From the IMG/VR virus record IMGVR_UViG_3300037454_001182, positions 1 through 64,000 of that record: a stretch of DNA of 64,000 nt; one strand, 5' to 3'. Both the position numbers and the translations under genes were made by a program. Shown here in pieces: positions 48,798 to 58,404 of this stretch. The notes below the pieces were generated by a model. It worked only from the letters and a program-made list of their open reading frames with translations. It had not been told where the DNA came from and made no database searches. How positions within the stretch are numbered: the stretch's first letter is position 1; each line of letters begins with the position of its first letter. Source of the DNA: a virus. Lineage: Duplodnaviria > Caudoviricetes.

Positions 48798-49551
48798 AAA
48801 TTGATTTCAGTCCTACTCGATAATTACGGTACGTTAGCGGAACTGTGAACATCTGACGGTCAACGTCCTGTGTCACGTTGTCGCGCTCTCTGGGATGAGG
48901 GTCATAGAGGATGCGCACACCATTGTACTTCGCCACCTCTTCGGCAAAATCGGCTATTCTGGTAGGCTCATAGTTCACCACGTTTACTACTTGATGATGG
49001 TAGCCCAACGCGGCAATAAGCCCATCCGTGGCATCGTCTATGTGTGTAAAACAGCGGATATTCTCACCGTTGTTATACAGGGTCACTTCTGGGTTATTCA
49101 TCAAGACGTGTAACAGGGTGCCAGAACGCGGTTCTGAGCCATAGACGTTATGCAGTCTTACCCCTGTCGCGTTCTTGGCGTAGAGTGCTGCAAACTGCTC
49201 ATCGAAACGCTTACTCAACCCATAGAGTGAGGTAGTGTTGCCATCGTTGGCGGTTGAGGATGAGGCATACACCAACGGCACATTATGCCTGTTACACTGC
49301 TCCACCACCTCGATAAATGTCACGATGTTATCATCTGCAATCTGGCGCAGGTCATTGTTAAACACGCTTGTCTGTGCTGCAAGGTGGAACACCCCTACAA
49401 CATCACCATCCAGATAGTCACCAATACCTTTTGCCTCAATGCCGAGGTGACGGTCTATCCGTATCACCTCGACATTCTTTCTGGATTCCAGTTTCTTGCA
49501 AAGGGCTTTGCCAATGAAGCCCTCACTTCCTGTCACTACGACTTTATCCAT
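48781..49551 (-). CDS. NAD-dependent epimerase/dehydratase (extended SDR)
   Basis: VVVTGSEGFIG, YASSS, YGLSK and RLHNVYG. Confidence 0.88.
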   Translation of the reverse strand: MDKVVVTGSEGFIGKALCKKLESRKNVEVIRIDRHLGIEAKGIGDYLDGDVVGVFHLAAQTSVFNNDLRQIADDNIVTFIEVVEQCNRHNVPLVYASSSTANDGNTTSLYGLSKRFDEQFAALYAKNATGVRLHNVYGSEPRSGTLLHVLMNNPEVTLYNNGENIRCFTHIDDATDGLIAALGYHHQVVNVVNYEPTRIADFAEEVAKYNGVRILYDPHPRERDNVTQDVDRQMFTVPLTYRNYRVGLKSIFEHGG

Positions 49552-49558
49552 ATACTAA

Positions 49559-50095
49559 CTATTGAAAGAAATCATCAAAGAGGCCCAACTGTCGCGGCTT
49601 CAACGCCTCGAACTCTTCTCTGAAGAACTGGTCTTTGGTGCGCCCCATCATCTTACCCTTGCGAGTGTGAACATCGTAGGTGTATTCTGGAATGGGAATC
49701 GGGTACCGTCTGGCATCTTCGAGCCATGCGTCCACATTCTCCAGTCGGTTCTGGTCATAGACAAGATTCTGCAAGTGGTCTGCATCACGGCTTTTGCGAC
49801 ACTCACACAGGAGCAGAACGGCCTTACTGACGAACACCCTGCCTTTCGGCACAGGTTGTTTCTTGTTTACTAACTCATGGCCCTGCCATAACGCCTCAAT
49901 CTCTTGGGTGATGAGGCCGTAGCAGTCTTCCGCGCTTATCGTGTATAGTCTCTTCCAGACATAATCACGGTAGCCTGAATGCCATAATTCCAGGGCGAAA
50001 TACCCTGCTGTTCGTGCGTCTGCTCTACGAATGGCCTTTTGCATGGCTGATGATACTTCGTAGAAATCGTAACCTTTAACTGTTCTTAATTCCAT
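49559..50095 (-). CDS. MgsA/RarA C-terminal-like protein without the AAA domain
   Basis: SAMQKAIRRAD...WKRLYTISAEDC; AAGAGCA-ATG start. Confidence 0.7.
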   Translation of the reverse strand: MELRTVKGYDFYEVSSAMQKAIRRADARTAGYFALELWHSGYRDYVWKRLYTISAEDCYGLITQEIEALWQGHELVNKKQPVPKGRVFVSKAVLLLCECRKSRDADHLQNLVYDQNRLENVDAWLEDARRYPIPIPEYTYDVHTRKGKMMGRTKDQFFREEFEALKPRQLGLFDDFFQ

Positions 50096-50190
50096 TGCTC
50101 TTACTTTTGGTTTTGTTATTCTTGTTTTCTAACAGTAAAGTTAGTCATTTTTAGCGAGATATGCAAATTTTCAAACTTCTTTTTCATCGT

Positions 50191-50952
50191 TCAAAACCTA
50201 AAATTTGTTATGATGTTGTATTGTACTTTGTTGATGGTCTTTTCAGAACCATTCGACCCTTGCCCTTTCAGTTGGATGGCTTCACCGAACATCTTACGCA
50301 TGAAGAGGATGCTACGCCTTTCCTCATCATGGTTACGAATCTCGGACAAACCACCTGCATTGACAAAGGTGTCTTTCTGGACGAACGTATAACGCTCATC
50401 TGTCAGTATGCGCCTTTCCTTGAACTTCATATAACAGGAAATCCAGAAATCTTCTTTCAACTTCAACTCTTCATTCCACCAGACGTTTTCATTGAAGCGG
50501 ACACCATACGAGCAACCTGTAATCTGTCTGGTGAATGAGAGGTAACACTGCTCATCATACTGTACTGGTGTCTTTCGGTTGGTGTAACCCCAACAGTGAA
50601 CATCAAGCATTTCTGCCAGTTCGTGCAACTCTTCGACTATGCGCTGCACCTCATTGGGGTCTTTGATATTGCACTTCTCGCCTTTCTCATTGTAGAGTTT
50701 CTTGAACTGAAAGACATCATCATCGACCATGAACAAATCTCCGAAATGCCGTGCCATCCAGTTACGCTTCGGGATAAGCCCTACTACATCGTCTGGATGG
50801 GTCACAATCTCACACTCTGGATTGAAACGCCTATACTGTTCCGCTTGGCTTTCGGCCACGCAGATAATGGGCGAGGGGAACAGCTTCTTTGCTACCACTC
50901 TATCCCACCGCTTATGACTGGGTATGACTATCTTCAAGGGCATGGCGCACAT
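50191..50952 (-). CDS. GT-A fold glycosyltransferase (TAGT/GREB1-like)
   Basis: IVIPSHKR, FMVDDD and KEDFWIS motifs; ParB neighbour. Confidence 0.65.
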   Translation of the reverse strand: MCAMPLKIVIPSHKRWDRVVAKKLFPSPIICVAESQAEQYRRFNPECEIVTHPDDVVGLIPKRNWMARHFGDLFMVDDDVFQFKKLYNEKGEKCNIKDPNEVQRIVEELHELAEMLDVHCWGYTNRKTPVQYDEQCYLSFTRQITGCSYGVRFNENVWWNEELKLKEDFWISCYMKFKERRILTDERYTFVQKDTFVNAGGLSEIRNHDEERRSILFMRKMFGEAIQLKGQGSNGSEKTINKVQYNIITNFRF

Positions 50953-51589
50953 CTTCTATACTGATAACATTTGACTTGCACAAACGACCGCTCTTATATG
51001 ATTTCATCCTCTGCATACCCAACTTCTCACGGAGCCAGTTAGAATCGACCTCATTTGAACTATGTATGATGAACAACTCGTGTTTCTCATCATACTTGGG
51101 AATCATCGGGTAAACGGCATCTTCATCCTTGATGTTGTTGAACCTCTTTTCAAAGGCATCTTTCTTCTTTTCCTCTGGCAGTTCAACACCCCAACCCATC
51201 AACTCATCTGGGTTCCAGTCATTCATCATGGCTTCGATGTCATTCTCACCAAAGGAAACATTGTCTTTGGATGCGTACTCACGCAACTTTGCAGCAGTAG
51301 TCTCTTTAGGCAGTATCTTGACTGGAACCTCCTTAAATCCCAACTCCCTGCATGCGCGAAGTCTGAGGTTTCCGCAAACGGCTACCAGGACATCATCAAC
51401 AGGGTACGCGATAATCTCACGAAGAGACAGCATTTCGGGTGATTCCTCGATGCTTTTCTTCATCAACTTGTAACGCAAATCTCGGACAAAACGAGGGTTC
51501 TTTGGTACTCCCTCTATCTGTCCTGTATTGTACTGCAACCGAGACACTTCAACGATTGACAGTGGTATTGCCTTAAATTCTCTCTGCAT
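50912..51589 (-). CDS. ParB/Srx-like domain protein (likely start 51589)
   Basis: KNPRF...KKSIEESPEML...VCGNLRLRACRELG; a promoter lies within the longer track ORF. Confidence 0.75.
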   Translation of the reverse strand: MQREFKAIPLSIVEVSRLQYNTGQIEGVPKNPRFVRDLRYKLMKKSIEESPEMLSLREIIAYPVDDVLVAVCGNLRLRACRELGFKEVPVKILPKETTAAKLREYASKDNVSFGENDIEAMMNDWNPDELMGWGVELPEEKKKDAFEKRFNNIKDEDAVYPMIPKYDEKHELFIIHSSNEVDSNWLREKLGMQRMKSYKSGRLCKSNVISIEDVRHALEDSHTQS

Positions 51590-51616
51590 ATTTGAACTTA
51601 TTTTGTAATTTGGGGG

Positions 51617-51660
51617 CAAAGGTACAAAAATTTCTCTTAATTCTATTTGAATAACAAATA
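51617..51660 (-). promoter_or_regulatory. Late-type promoter of the ParB-terminase operon with 17-bp operator
   Basis: TACCTTTG at 51617-51624; TATTTGAATAACAAATA at 51644-51660. Confidence 0.65.
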
Positions 51661-51694
51661 AATTTGCCAATTTTAGCGTGATAGTGTACTCTTT

Positions 51695-51913
51695 TCACAT
51701 GTCAAAGAGGTCTAATTGCACCGCCTTTGGCTTCGGTGGGTGGTTACAGGCGATGCAACCGTTATGCTCATTGCACCACTCATAGCGGATGAAGTAGGGG
51801 CATCGGTTGTGACCGCCACCAGAGTAACAGACATCATTCTGGAGGTCTCTCTCACCAAAAGGACACTTAACCTGTTCCTTTGGGATGAATGCGTTTGGTA
51901 CATAGGTAATCAT
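51695..51913 (-). CDS. Small Cys-rich protein
   Basis: 72 aa, several Cys. Confidence 0.5.
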   Translation of the reverse strand: MITYVPNAFIPKEQVKCPFGERDLQNDVCYSGGGHNRCPYFIRYEWCNEHNGCIACNHPPKPKAVQLDLFDM

Positions 51914-51916
51914 AAC

Positions 51917-52174
51917 TCAAAAACTAAATGACAGTTGTATTGGTTGTGAATGATGGGTGGCTTTCGTTCTCGCATAGATGGAACACTCATTCCTGTATGC
52001 ACATCTTCCGGCCTTGGCCTCAGAGAAACGCAACGCCCACAAATCTTGTCTGTCAAGCGTTAGTTGCTCCTTGCTCTCATTCATAATGAAGCCTACAAGT
52101 TTCATGCAGAAAAACCCTTTGTCGGTTGACTTTTCATCTACCAGTTCTATAAGTCCGTTCCCTACTGGTCTCAT
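51917..52174 (-). CDS. Hypothetical protein
   Basis: 85 aa, overlaps the methylase stop. Confidence 0.5.
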   Translation of the reverse strand: MRPVGNGLIELVDEKSTDKGFFCMKLVGFIMNESKEQLTLDRQDLWALRFSEAKAGRCAYRNECSIYARTKATHHSQPIQLSFSF

Positions 52175-53826
52175 ACGGCTACCCTCCTTTCTATCTCATC
52201 CAGACGGTCACAGAGGGCTTCGCACAACACCCTCGCCATGCCGACCTCTACCGCATTGCCAATGAACTTCTTTTGCTCTGATTGACTGCCTACCAGGACG
52301 TAATCAGTAGGGAACCCCATAATGCGTTTCAACTCGGACACCTTCAGCATCCTCATCTTAATGTCGATAATACTATACATCGCCATGAACTCCTTAATCT
52401 TCTGGGTCATTGGGCTGTCAGTCTCATACACCTCTATGCCTACTCCCTCTTTGGTGCTGATAAGGTACGGCGGCATCTTATCCATACGAGCAATCAGAGT
52501 GAAGCAAGGGTCATTGACCGAGCCACCTTTGCTTGCAAACTGCGGATTCATCAAGTAGTGCCATTTGGCCGTAGTCTGTTCTGCGGTCACTAACTGGTAC
52601 TTCGGATTCGTGGTCGCTGTTGGTGCCGGACTTTCAATAGATGAGGGTGTGCCATTGCCGTACTGCATATCCAGAAAGCAAGCCTTGACTTTCTCGAAGC
52701 GGTCTTTGGTGGTGACGGTTGGCGATGGTTTTTCCAGAGAGGAATTGAAGCCATTACCATAGTGAGCCGTTAGGAACTCCGCTTCAACGAGTGCGTGATG
52801 GTCAATACAGGTCAATGTTCCTGCAGGCCCATCCACGCTGATATTCTTGTCTGACGGATTGCCAGAGAATTGCTTTGACAGGAAGTGTACCTGTGCAACA
52901 CCGAGGCGGTTCTGACAGGCAACAGTCGGACACGGCTCATCAATGGATGGTGCAGAATAGCCACCACTTCGATTCATGGAGTTGTATTTCACGATGAAAG
53001 CCGCAAAGTCTCTCTGGCTCATTCCGGCCACAAACTTAATCAAACCTGCATAGATTCTTTCGAGGGTCTTTTCAACCAGTGGCTTCTTTCTGTCAAAGAT
53101 GGATTCGCCCTCATCTGAGAAATCCAGAACGTCACGAACAGGCTTCCATTTCTTCATTTCTCCAAACATTCCACCTGTATCACCATCCTTGGAATGGGTG
53201 GCTACCGGGAATGTGATGGGGAGGCCAGTCTTGGCGAATTGACCAAAGAACCGCTTTCTGGAAGTATAGGCTCCGTAGTCGGCAGCGTTCAGAATACGCC
53301 AGTAGTAATCATAGCCATAACTCTTCACGTTCTGAATCCATTTGAGATAACAGCGGCCTTTATCCTTGCTGATGGGGTGGCCGTGTTCGTCCATATCGCC
53401 CCAACTCATGAACTCTTCCACATTCTCAATCTGGATATAGTCTGGATTCAGAGCCTCAATATAACGGAACAGGTGTTCAGCCAACGTGCGGCTGTCTGCG
53501 TCTCTGGGCATACCACCTTTGGCCTTACTGAAGTTCGTACATTCCAGTGAAGCCCACAATACAACGTAGGCATCTGGGTACTTCGCTTTCATCTTCTTTA
53601 GATGGGCAACCATTGGCGTTAGTTCCAACGTCCTAATATCCTCAGTGTAATGTACTGCCTCTGGATGGTTGGCAGCATGAGAGGCAATAGCGTTTGCATC
53701 GTGATTGACACAGGCTATTACCTTGGCACATTTCTTGCCGTTGTGGGTCGCTTTCTCCACGCCAGTAGATGTGCCACCTGCACCACAAAACAGGTCAATG
53801 TATAACAATCTAATATCTTCCATCAT
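52171..53826 (-). CDS. dcm: DNA (cytosine-5)-methyltransferase
   Basis: IDLFCGAGG (motif I), SLECTNFS (IV), IENVEEF (VI), SRKRFF (VIII), KFIGNAV (X). Confidence 0.9.
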   Translation of the reverse strand: MMEDIRLLYIDLFCGAGGTSTGVEKATHNGKKCAKVIACVNHDANAIASHAANHPEAVHYTEDIRTLELTPMVAHLKKMKAKYPDAYVVLWASLECTNFSKAKGGMPRDADSRTLAEHLFRYIEALNPDYIQIENVEEFMSWGDMDEHGHPISKDKGRCYLKWIQNVKSYGYDYYWRILNAADYGAYTSRKRFFGQFAKTGLPITFPVATHSKDGDTGGMFGEMKKWKPVRDVLDFSDEGESIFDRKKPLVEKTLERIYAGLIKFVAGMSQRDFAAFIVKYNSMNRSGGYSAPSIDEPCPTVACQNRLGVAQVHFLSKQFSGNPSDKNISVDGPAGTLTCIDHHALVEAEFLTAHYGNGFNSSLEKPSPTVTTKDRFEKVKACFLDMQYGNGTPSSIESPAPTATTNPKYQLVTAEQTTAKWHYLMNPQFASKGGSVNDPCFTLIARMDKMPPYLISTKEGVGIEVYETDSPMTQKIKEFMAMYSIIDIKMRMLKVSELKRIMGFPTDYVLVGSQSEQKKFIGNAVEVGMARVLCEALCDRLDEIERRVAV

Positions 53827-54065
53827 GTTTCTCTTACAAATCGTTTACTACTTATGCGCTTATACTTCACTTTGGGGTCATAGTTCTTAATCAGCATACG
53901 AATCTGGGCATCTGTCAAGTTCGGACAATCTGCCTCTTTGAAGATTCTGGCATCGCCTTGGTGTTCACCGAAGTTCCGCAAGGGAAAATGCCTCAGATAC
54001 CCATGCTCTCCAACCATTAACACGGTCACTTCGTAACCATCATTCCAGTTAATACCGAACTGCAT
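53823..54065 (-). CDS. Hypothetical protein (likely start 54065)
   Basis: In-frame Met of track ORF 53823..54203. Confidence 0.5.
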   Translation of the reverse strand: MQFGINWNDGYEVTVLMVGEHGYLRHFPLRNFGEHQGDARIFKEADCPNLTDAQIRMLIKNYDPKVKYKRISSKRFVRET

Positions 54066-54498
54066 ACTGCTTGATTTTATTGATGTAATCTGGGAACTCT
54101 TCAAAGGGGAACTCATCACGGTTGAGGGCATCAATCTGTGCGAGAACCTGTTGCTTCTTAGCCTCATTGTCTTGGCTCTTGAAGTGAAACAAATCATCAT
54201 CAACCACGCCCTTTTCCAGTTGCTTCAACTTGGTTGCTCTGGACTTCAACAATGTGGCTCTCCTATGTTCGTGCCACTCCTTGCCAACTAATATATCCTG
54301 TGGGCCTTTGTAGAACTCAACCTTTCTATGAGGATTGTTCACCTTGACCAGTGCGGCCAGATATTCAAAGTACCACAGCCACCTTGTAACAAAGTCTGGT
54401 GTCATGCCAGAGCGGTAATAGACTACATCATCCATGTGGAAATAGTTAGTCTCACCGCTCACGGCAATCTTCACCACGCATTTATTCAAGTCTGCCAT
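54049..54498 (-). CDS. Hypothetical protein
   Basis: 149 aa. Confidence 0.6.
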   Translation of the reverse strand: MADLNKCVVKIAVSGETNYFHMDDVVYYRSGMTPDFVTRWLWYFEYLAALVKVNNPHRKVEFYKGPQDILVGKEWHEHRRATLLKSRATKLKQLEKGVVDDDLFHFKSQDNEAKKQQVLAQIDALNRDEFPFEEFPDYINKIKQYAVRY

Positions 54499-54659
54499 AT
54501 TACTTACGCATCATTGCGTTGCTTTGTGTACTACTGTCTGGTGAGGTCAGAATGGTAAATGCCCATAGTGGGGACAATACAATCACAACCACGATAAGGA
54601 TAATATAGCAGATTGCCATCAAAGCGTACAAACCTGCTGACTTCAAGAACTTTCTCATA

Positions 54660-55079
54660 TCACAAACTATTTATCAGTTGGTCGATTCTCTCTTTAACAT
54701 AAGGCAGCTTCCAGTACCCATCTTCACCGAATATCTGAGCCTCGGAAAACTCATGGGTGTCTGGTTTGTATTCCAGACCGATGAAGCCACCATCTGGGAA
54801 ACGAATATCAATGCGAGGATTCTCAAAGCGCACTCGCAACTCTATCTTTGGCCGCGGCTTGCTTTCATCCACATCATCCTCAAAGATAGGGTATGAGTAG
54901 CGGACACTCTCAAAGGTTGGTACTTCGTTGGTTCTGAGGTATCTCTTGGCTGCACAGAACGATGTACCCCAAAACTTGTCTTTGGTCAAATCCTCTGTGC
55001 GATGGTCTGTCTCGATATAGCCGAACTTCTGGGCTATCTCTTCTGCGACCTTTAATAATGCTTGATTGACGATTTTCAT
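54660..55079 (-). CDS. Hypothetical protein
   Basis: 139 aa; AAGAGCA-ATG start. Confidence 0.6.
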   Translation of the reverse strand: MKIVNQALLKVAEEIAQKFGYIETDHRTEDLTKDKFWGTSFCAAKRYLRTNEVPTFESVRYSYPIFEDDVDESKPRPKIELRVRFENPRIDIRFPDGGFIGLEYKPDTHEFSEAQIFGEDGYWKLPYVKERIDQLINSL

Positions 55080-55092
55080 TGCTCTTTTGTAT

Positions 55093-55329
55093 TTAGTCGA
55101 AATGCTTGTTTATATACTCGTTAAACTCGGAATCAGTCAGCGACCTTAACACCCTGTCTGGCACAAAGCCGTATAACTGTTCGTCTATGATTCTGGCTCT
55201 TTCGTCTGTGTATTCAACGTGCCTATTCAGTAACGCTGCTTCCAGAGACATACCGCCAAACTCAACTGCACCTGCAACATTGTGAATGCCTGTGCGCGTC
55301 TGGAACTCTTGGCCTCGGTACTGTATCAT
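55093..55329 (-). CDS. Hypothetical protein
   Basis: 78 aa; ATGA-coupled to the upstream gene. Confidence 0.55.
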   Translation of the reverse strand: MIQYRGQEFQTRTGIHNVAGAVEFGGMSLEAALLNRHVEYTDERARIIDEQLYGFVPDRVLRSLTDSEFNEYINKHFD

Positions 55330-55661
55330 ATCTCACGCTCTTCTATCATTTCCAACAACTCATTGATTCCAGCCTCATCAAACTCATCTAACAGATGCTC
55401 TTCGGATGGGTCATTGGGATTCCAACGGTTGGACGTGATGTTTACTTTGCTCTTTTCTGGCTCCAACAAATCAAAGGTGATGGATTCCACAAAAGGCTGA
55501 TACTCTTCGGCCTCATCAACCAGTTCTGGATGAACAAAGGCGATGCCGTGGGTGTTCTCTGGATAGAACCACATACTGATGGAGCGAGAGAACCACACTC
55601 CAGTAGAACTACCGTATCTCTGTACGGCTTTCTTGAATCGTTCTTTTTGCTCTTGTTTCAT
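55326..55661 (-). CDS. Hypothetical protein (start revised to 55661)
   Basis: AAGAGCA-ATG at an in-frame Met. Confidence 0.6.
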   Translation of the reverse strand: MKQEQKERFKKAVQRYGSSTGVWFSRSISMWFYPENTHGIAFVHPELVDEAEEYQPFVESITFDLLEPEKSKVNITSNRWNPNDPSEEHLLDEFDEAGINELLEMIEEREI

Positions 55662-55709
55662 TGCTCTTTGGTATTTGGTGGGGTGGTGGTTAGCCACCCC
55701 GTGACCTTG

Positions 55710-56120
55710 TTATGCTGCTTTCAGATACTTGCGGATTTCCCAGAGCATCGTACTCATGCGCTTGTAGAGGTAGTAGTTAGCACGGCTATTGTACTCTTTC
55801 AGTTTCAGCCCGGCTTCCTCAATGGTCTGTTCCTCTCTCTGGGTGAGTGCGGTGTGAACCAGTGTACGCTCTTTCCAGTCGAAGTCTTTCCAACCGTACT
55901 TCTCGATGATGTGCCAAAGTTTCTCGCGCATCTTCTCTTGCTTCTCTCTGGCCTTGGCTTGTTCTTTGGCTTCCTTTACCCTGGAATGATTCATCTTGAC
56001 CCAGAGAGCGCAAAACTCATCTTTGCAAAGGTCGCTGTTCATGTAAACAACTTCGATGTGAGAATACTCTTCTGGGGTAACTCTCATTCCTACTCTCGTT
56101 TCAAATTCTGACTGTATCAT
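55710..56120 (-). CDS. Hypothetical protein
   Basis: 136 aa; AAGAGCA-ATG start; first gene after P6. Confidence 0.65.
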   Translation of the reverse strand: MIQSEFETRVGMRVTPEEYSHIEVVYMNSDLCKDEFCALWVKMNHSRVKEAKEQAKAREKQEKMREKLWHIIEKYGWKDFDWKERTLVHTALTQREEQTIEEAGLKLKEYNSRANYYLYKRMSTMLWEIRKYLKAA

Positions 56121-56155
56121 TGCTCTTTGATTTTAATTGTTATTATTTCATCTTT

Positions 56156-56234
56156 TGTACTACAAAGATAGCGTTTTTTTCTGAAATATCAAAACCGAAT
56201 AGCAATTATTTTCAGCCGACCAACTCTTTTTAAC
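56156..56234 (-). promoter_or_regulatory. Early-type repeated promoter P6
   Basis: -7 box at 56163-56170; upstream box at 56220-56234. Confidence 0.75.
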
Positions 56235-56478
56235 TCTTTGATTCAGAGGGTACTTTCTTGGCTCTGTACTGTTCCCTACGTTTGGCGTTTCTGGCCTCAC
56301 GTTCCTCTGGTGTCTCAGTGGCTTTCTTACGATGGTAATACTCACGCGAGGCTTTGCGATGGGAAACAGGATCTGCGGCCACCTGCTTTCTTCCAGATTG
56401 CTTACGAGCGGATAAAATGCCCTCTTTGTGGGATTCATAGTACCGCCTGTTATACTCACTCTTCTTTTCCTTATCCAT
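56230..56478 (-). CDS. Small basic protein
   Basis: 82 aa with repeated R/EYY motifs. Confidence 0.55.
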   Translation of the reverse strand: MDKEKKSEYNRRYYESHKEGILSARKQSGRKQVAADPVSHRKASREYYHRKKATETPEEREARNAKRREQYRAKKVPSESKS

Positions 56479-56493
56479 AGTTGTACGTTTTAG

Positions 56494-56883
56494 TCATACC
56501 TTACCTTTCTTTACTTTCTCGATGCAGTCTGTGATGAACCCTACCAGGTAGGAATGAGGCTCATCATTGGCAACATCAACCTTGGCACCAATGGCCTTGA
56601 AGATTTGGTTGGCCGCATGGTCGGCCTCATGTGCCATGATTCCAGTTGTGATGTCCGGCAGCTTGTGTAACCAGACTATCACACCGTAATCTCCAGAACT
56701 TCTTTCTACCACATCATCAGTCAGAGCATAGGAATTTTCTACGACCTCATCACTTACCATGTATGGGTCTCGCTCCATATCATCGAAAAGGTCTGCGAGG
56801 TCTTTCTTCTCGCCACCTTTGGCCACCCATACCTTACGAGGGTAGATTACAGGGTCAAACTTGTGGATTTCAAACTTCGCCAT
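56494..56883 (-). CDS. Hypothetical protein (AHEADH, HExxH)
   Basis: 129 aa; MAHEADHAA...DEPHSYL. Confidence 0.55.
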   Translation of the reverse strand: MAKFEIHKFDPVIYPRKVWVAKGGEKKDLADLFDDMERDPYMVSDEVVENSYALTDDVVERSSGDYGVIVWLHKLPDITTGIMAHEADHAANQIFKAIGAKVDVANDEPHSYLVGFITDCIEKVKKGKV

Positions 56884-56885
56884 AT

Positions 56886-57053
56886 TTATAGATGGTCATA
56901 TTCAACTTCCTGCCAGTCTTTACCATTGAATGTAACTTTGTCGGCAGCGACATCAACAACACAGTGAATCGTTTCACCATTCCACATGTTTTCGTATGTG
57001 TACCAGTCAGTCCAAAACGCTGTCTGGTCTTTGCAGATAACAAGGTATTTCAT
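56886..57053 (-). CDS. Small hypothetical protein (likely start 57053)
   Basis: In-frame MKYLV within the track ORF. Confidence 0.45.
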   Translation of the reverse strand: MKYLVICKDQTAFWTDWYTYENMWNGETIHCVVDVAADKVTFNGKDWQEVEYDHL

Positions 57054-57216
57054 CTTCTTTTTCTCTTTGATTTTGGGCATTCGATTATGGCATCTATTGG
57101 AGCAGCACCATCGTAACGAGGGTGGCAACATAGCAAATCATCAGTCTCACATTCTGACATGGATATATGGGATGGCCTACAAACGTAGTCGCATTGATAG
57201 CAGTTTACTTTCTTCA

Positions 57217-57666
57217 TTACTCAAACCTCCTTTCCAGTTTCTCTTTGATTTGTCGGCATACCTCACCATTATGGCACTTCTTACCGTCAATACGAGGTTG
57301 TAGCATCTGCAACAGTATTCCTACTTCCTCATTGGTAAACCTGACTTCCGGCCTACGTCTGTCTATCTGGCGTTCCAGAGTATCAACGGCAAACCGCAAC
57401 CCTTTTAGGAATGTCTCTAACTCGCTGTCACCTCCTAACGTGATAGTGACTTCCCCAACTTTATTGCCATTATCCAACGGCTCGAAGTCTAACCGCATTT
57501 CTGTTTGTGACAGGTCTTTGATACGGAAGTACGTTCTGGAACCCTTAGTGAAATCACCGCCTTGGTAGCCATTGGTGCCTACTTCCACCTCAATGAGGTT
57601 GGCACTCTCAAACTCTTCTACCAGTGTGGGGATGGTATGACCATCTACAACAGCATTACTCTTCAT
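57217..57666 (-). CDS. Hypothetical protein, paralog of 63107..63739
   Basis: Shared IEVEVGTxGYxGGD..G.RTYF.I and GGD.E.ETF motifs. Confidence 0.65.
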   Translation of the reverse strand: MKSNAVVDGHTIPTLVEEFESANLIEVEVGTNGYQGGDFTKGSRTYFRIKDLSQTEMRLDFEPLDNGNKVGEVTITLGGDSELETFLKGLRFAVDTLERQIDRRRPEVRFTNEEVGILLQMLQPRIDGKKCHNGEVCRQIKEKLERRFE

Positions 57667-58036
57667 TGTTCTCTACTATTTGATAATTTACGTTCTTTGG
57701 TCTGGAATCAATCTTGGCCATTCTCTCTACGAAGATTCTATGGAAAGCCATAGAGCGAGTTTCTGCCCTGTGCTTGGCATCGTATCTGTTGTGACACGCC
57801 TGGCACAATGCGCGTAGATTCTCTGGGTCGCAATTCTCTGGCGTATGGTCGAGGTGGGCAATAGTCAGCACCACCTTAACCATCTTACCTGTTTTCTCAT
57901 TCCAAAAGTAGGTGTGATTCTGCTTGCCGCAAAACTCACAGCGATTGTGCGCCCTCTCCAATATGGATTCGCGTATCTGCTTCCAGTTGGCAGGGTAACG
58001 CTTCTTATTCTCTGGTTTGATAGGCATATCACTCAA
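57656..58036 (-). CDS. HNH endonuclease-like protein
   Basis: CEFC...TIAHLDH...NLRALCQACHN. Confidence 0.8.
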   Translation of the reverse strand: MSDMPIKPENKKRYPANWKQIRESILERAHNRCEFCGKQNHTYFWNEKTGKMVKVVLTIAHLDHTPENCDPENLRALCQACHNRYDAKHRAETRSMAFHRIFVERMAKIDSRPKNVNYQIVENNEE

Positions 58037-58185
58037 CTTTTACGAAATGTCTGTTGTAATCACCGTTTACTGTCATACACGCTTGTGGATGGCAAACGTC
58101 CAGAGATTGCAGTGCGCAACCATCACACTTTGAACCATCATCTTCGACAATCTTCAACTTCATGCCATAGATTTCATATACCTGC

Positions 58186-58404
58186 TCATTCATGGCCCAC
58201 CTCCTTTTCTGTGTCTGAATGGTTACACTTCACCTGTTTTGGATAATCTATGAGGTCACCGAAATGCGGACAGATACGACAGCCTCCAGAACCTACCTTG
58301 ATAGGATTTCCGCTTGGATGCTTCTGGCCGTAAGGGCATGGGGTGATACACTTATCGGGTCTGTTTGCTGACAGGCTGATAGTCTCGTATAATAGAATCT
58401 TCAT
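58186..58404 (-). CDS. Small Cys-rich protein
   Basis: 72 aa; CITPCPY...CRICPHF. Confidence 0.5.
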   Translation of the reverse strand: MKILLYETISLSANRPDKCITPCPYGQKHPSGNPIKVGSGGCRICPHFGDLIDYPKQVKCNHSDTEKEVGHE

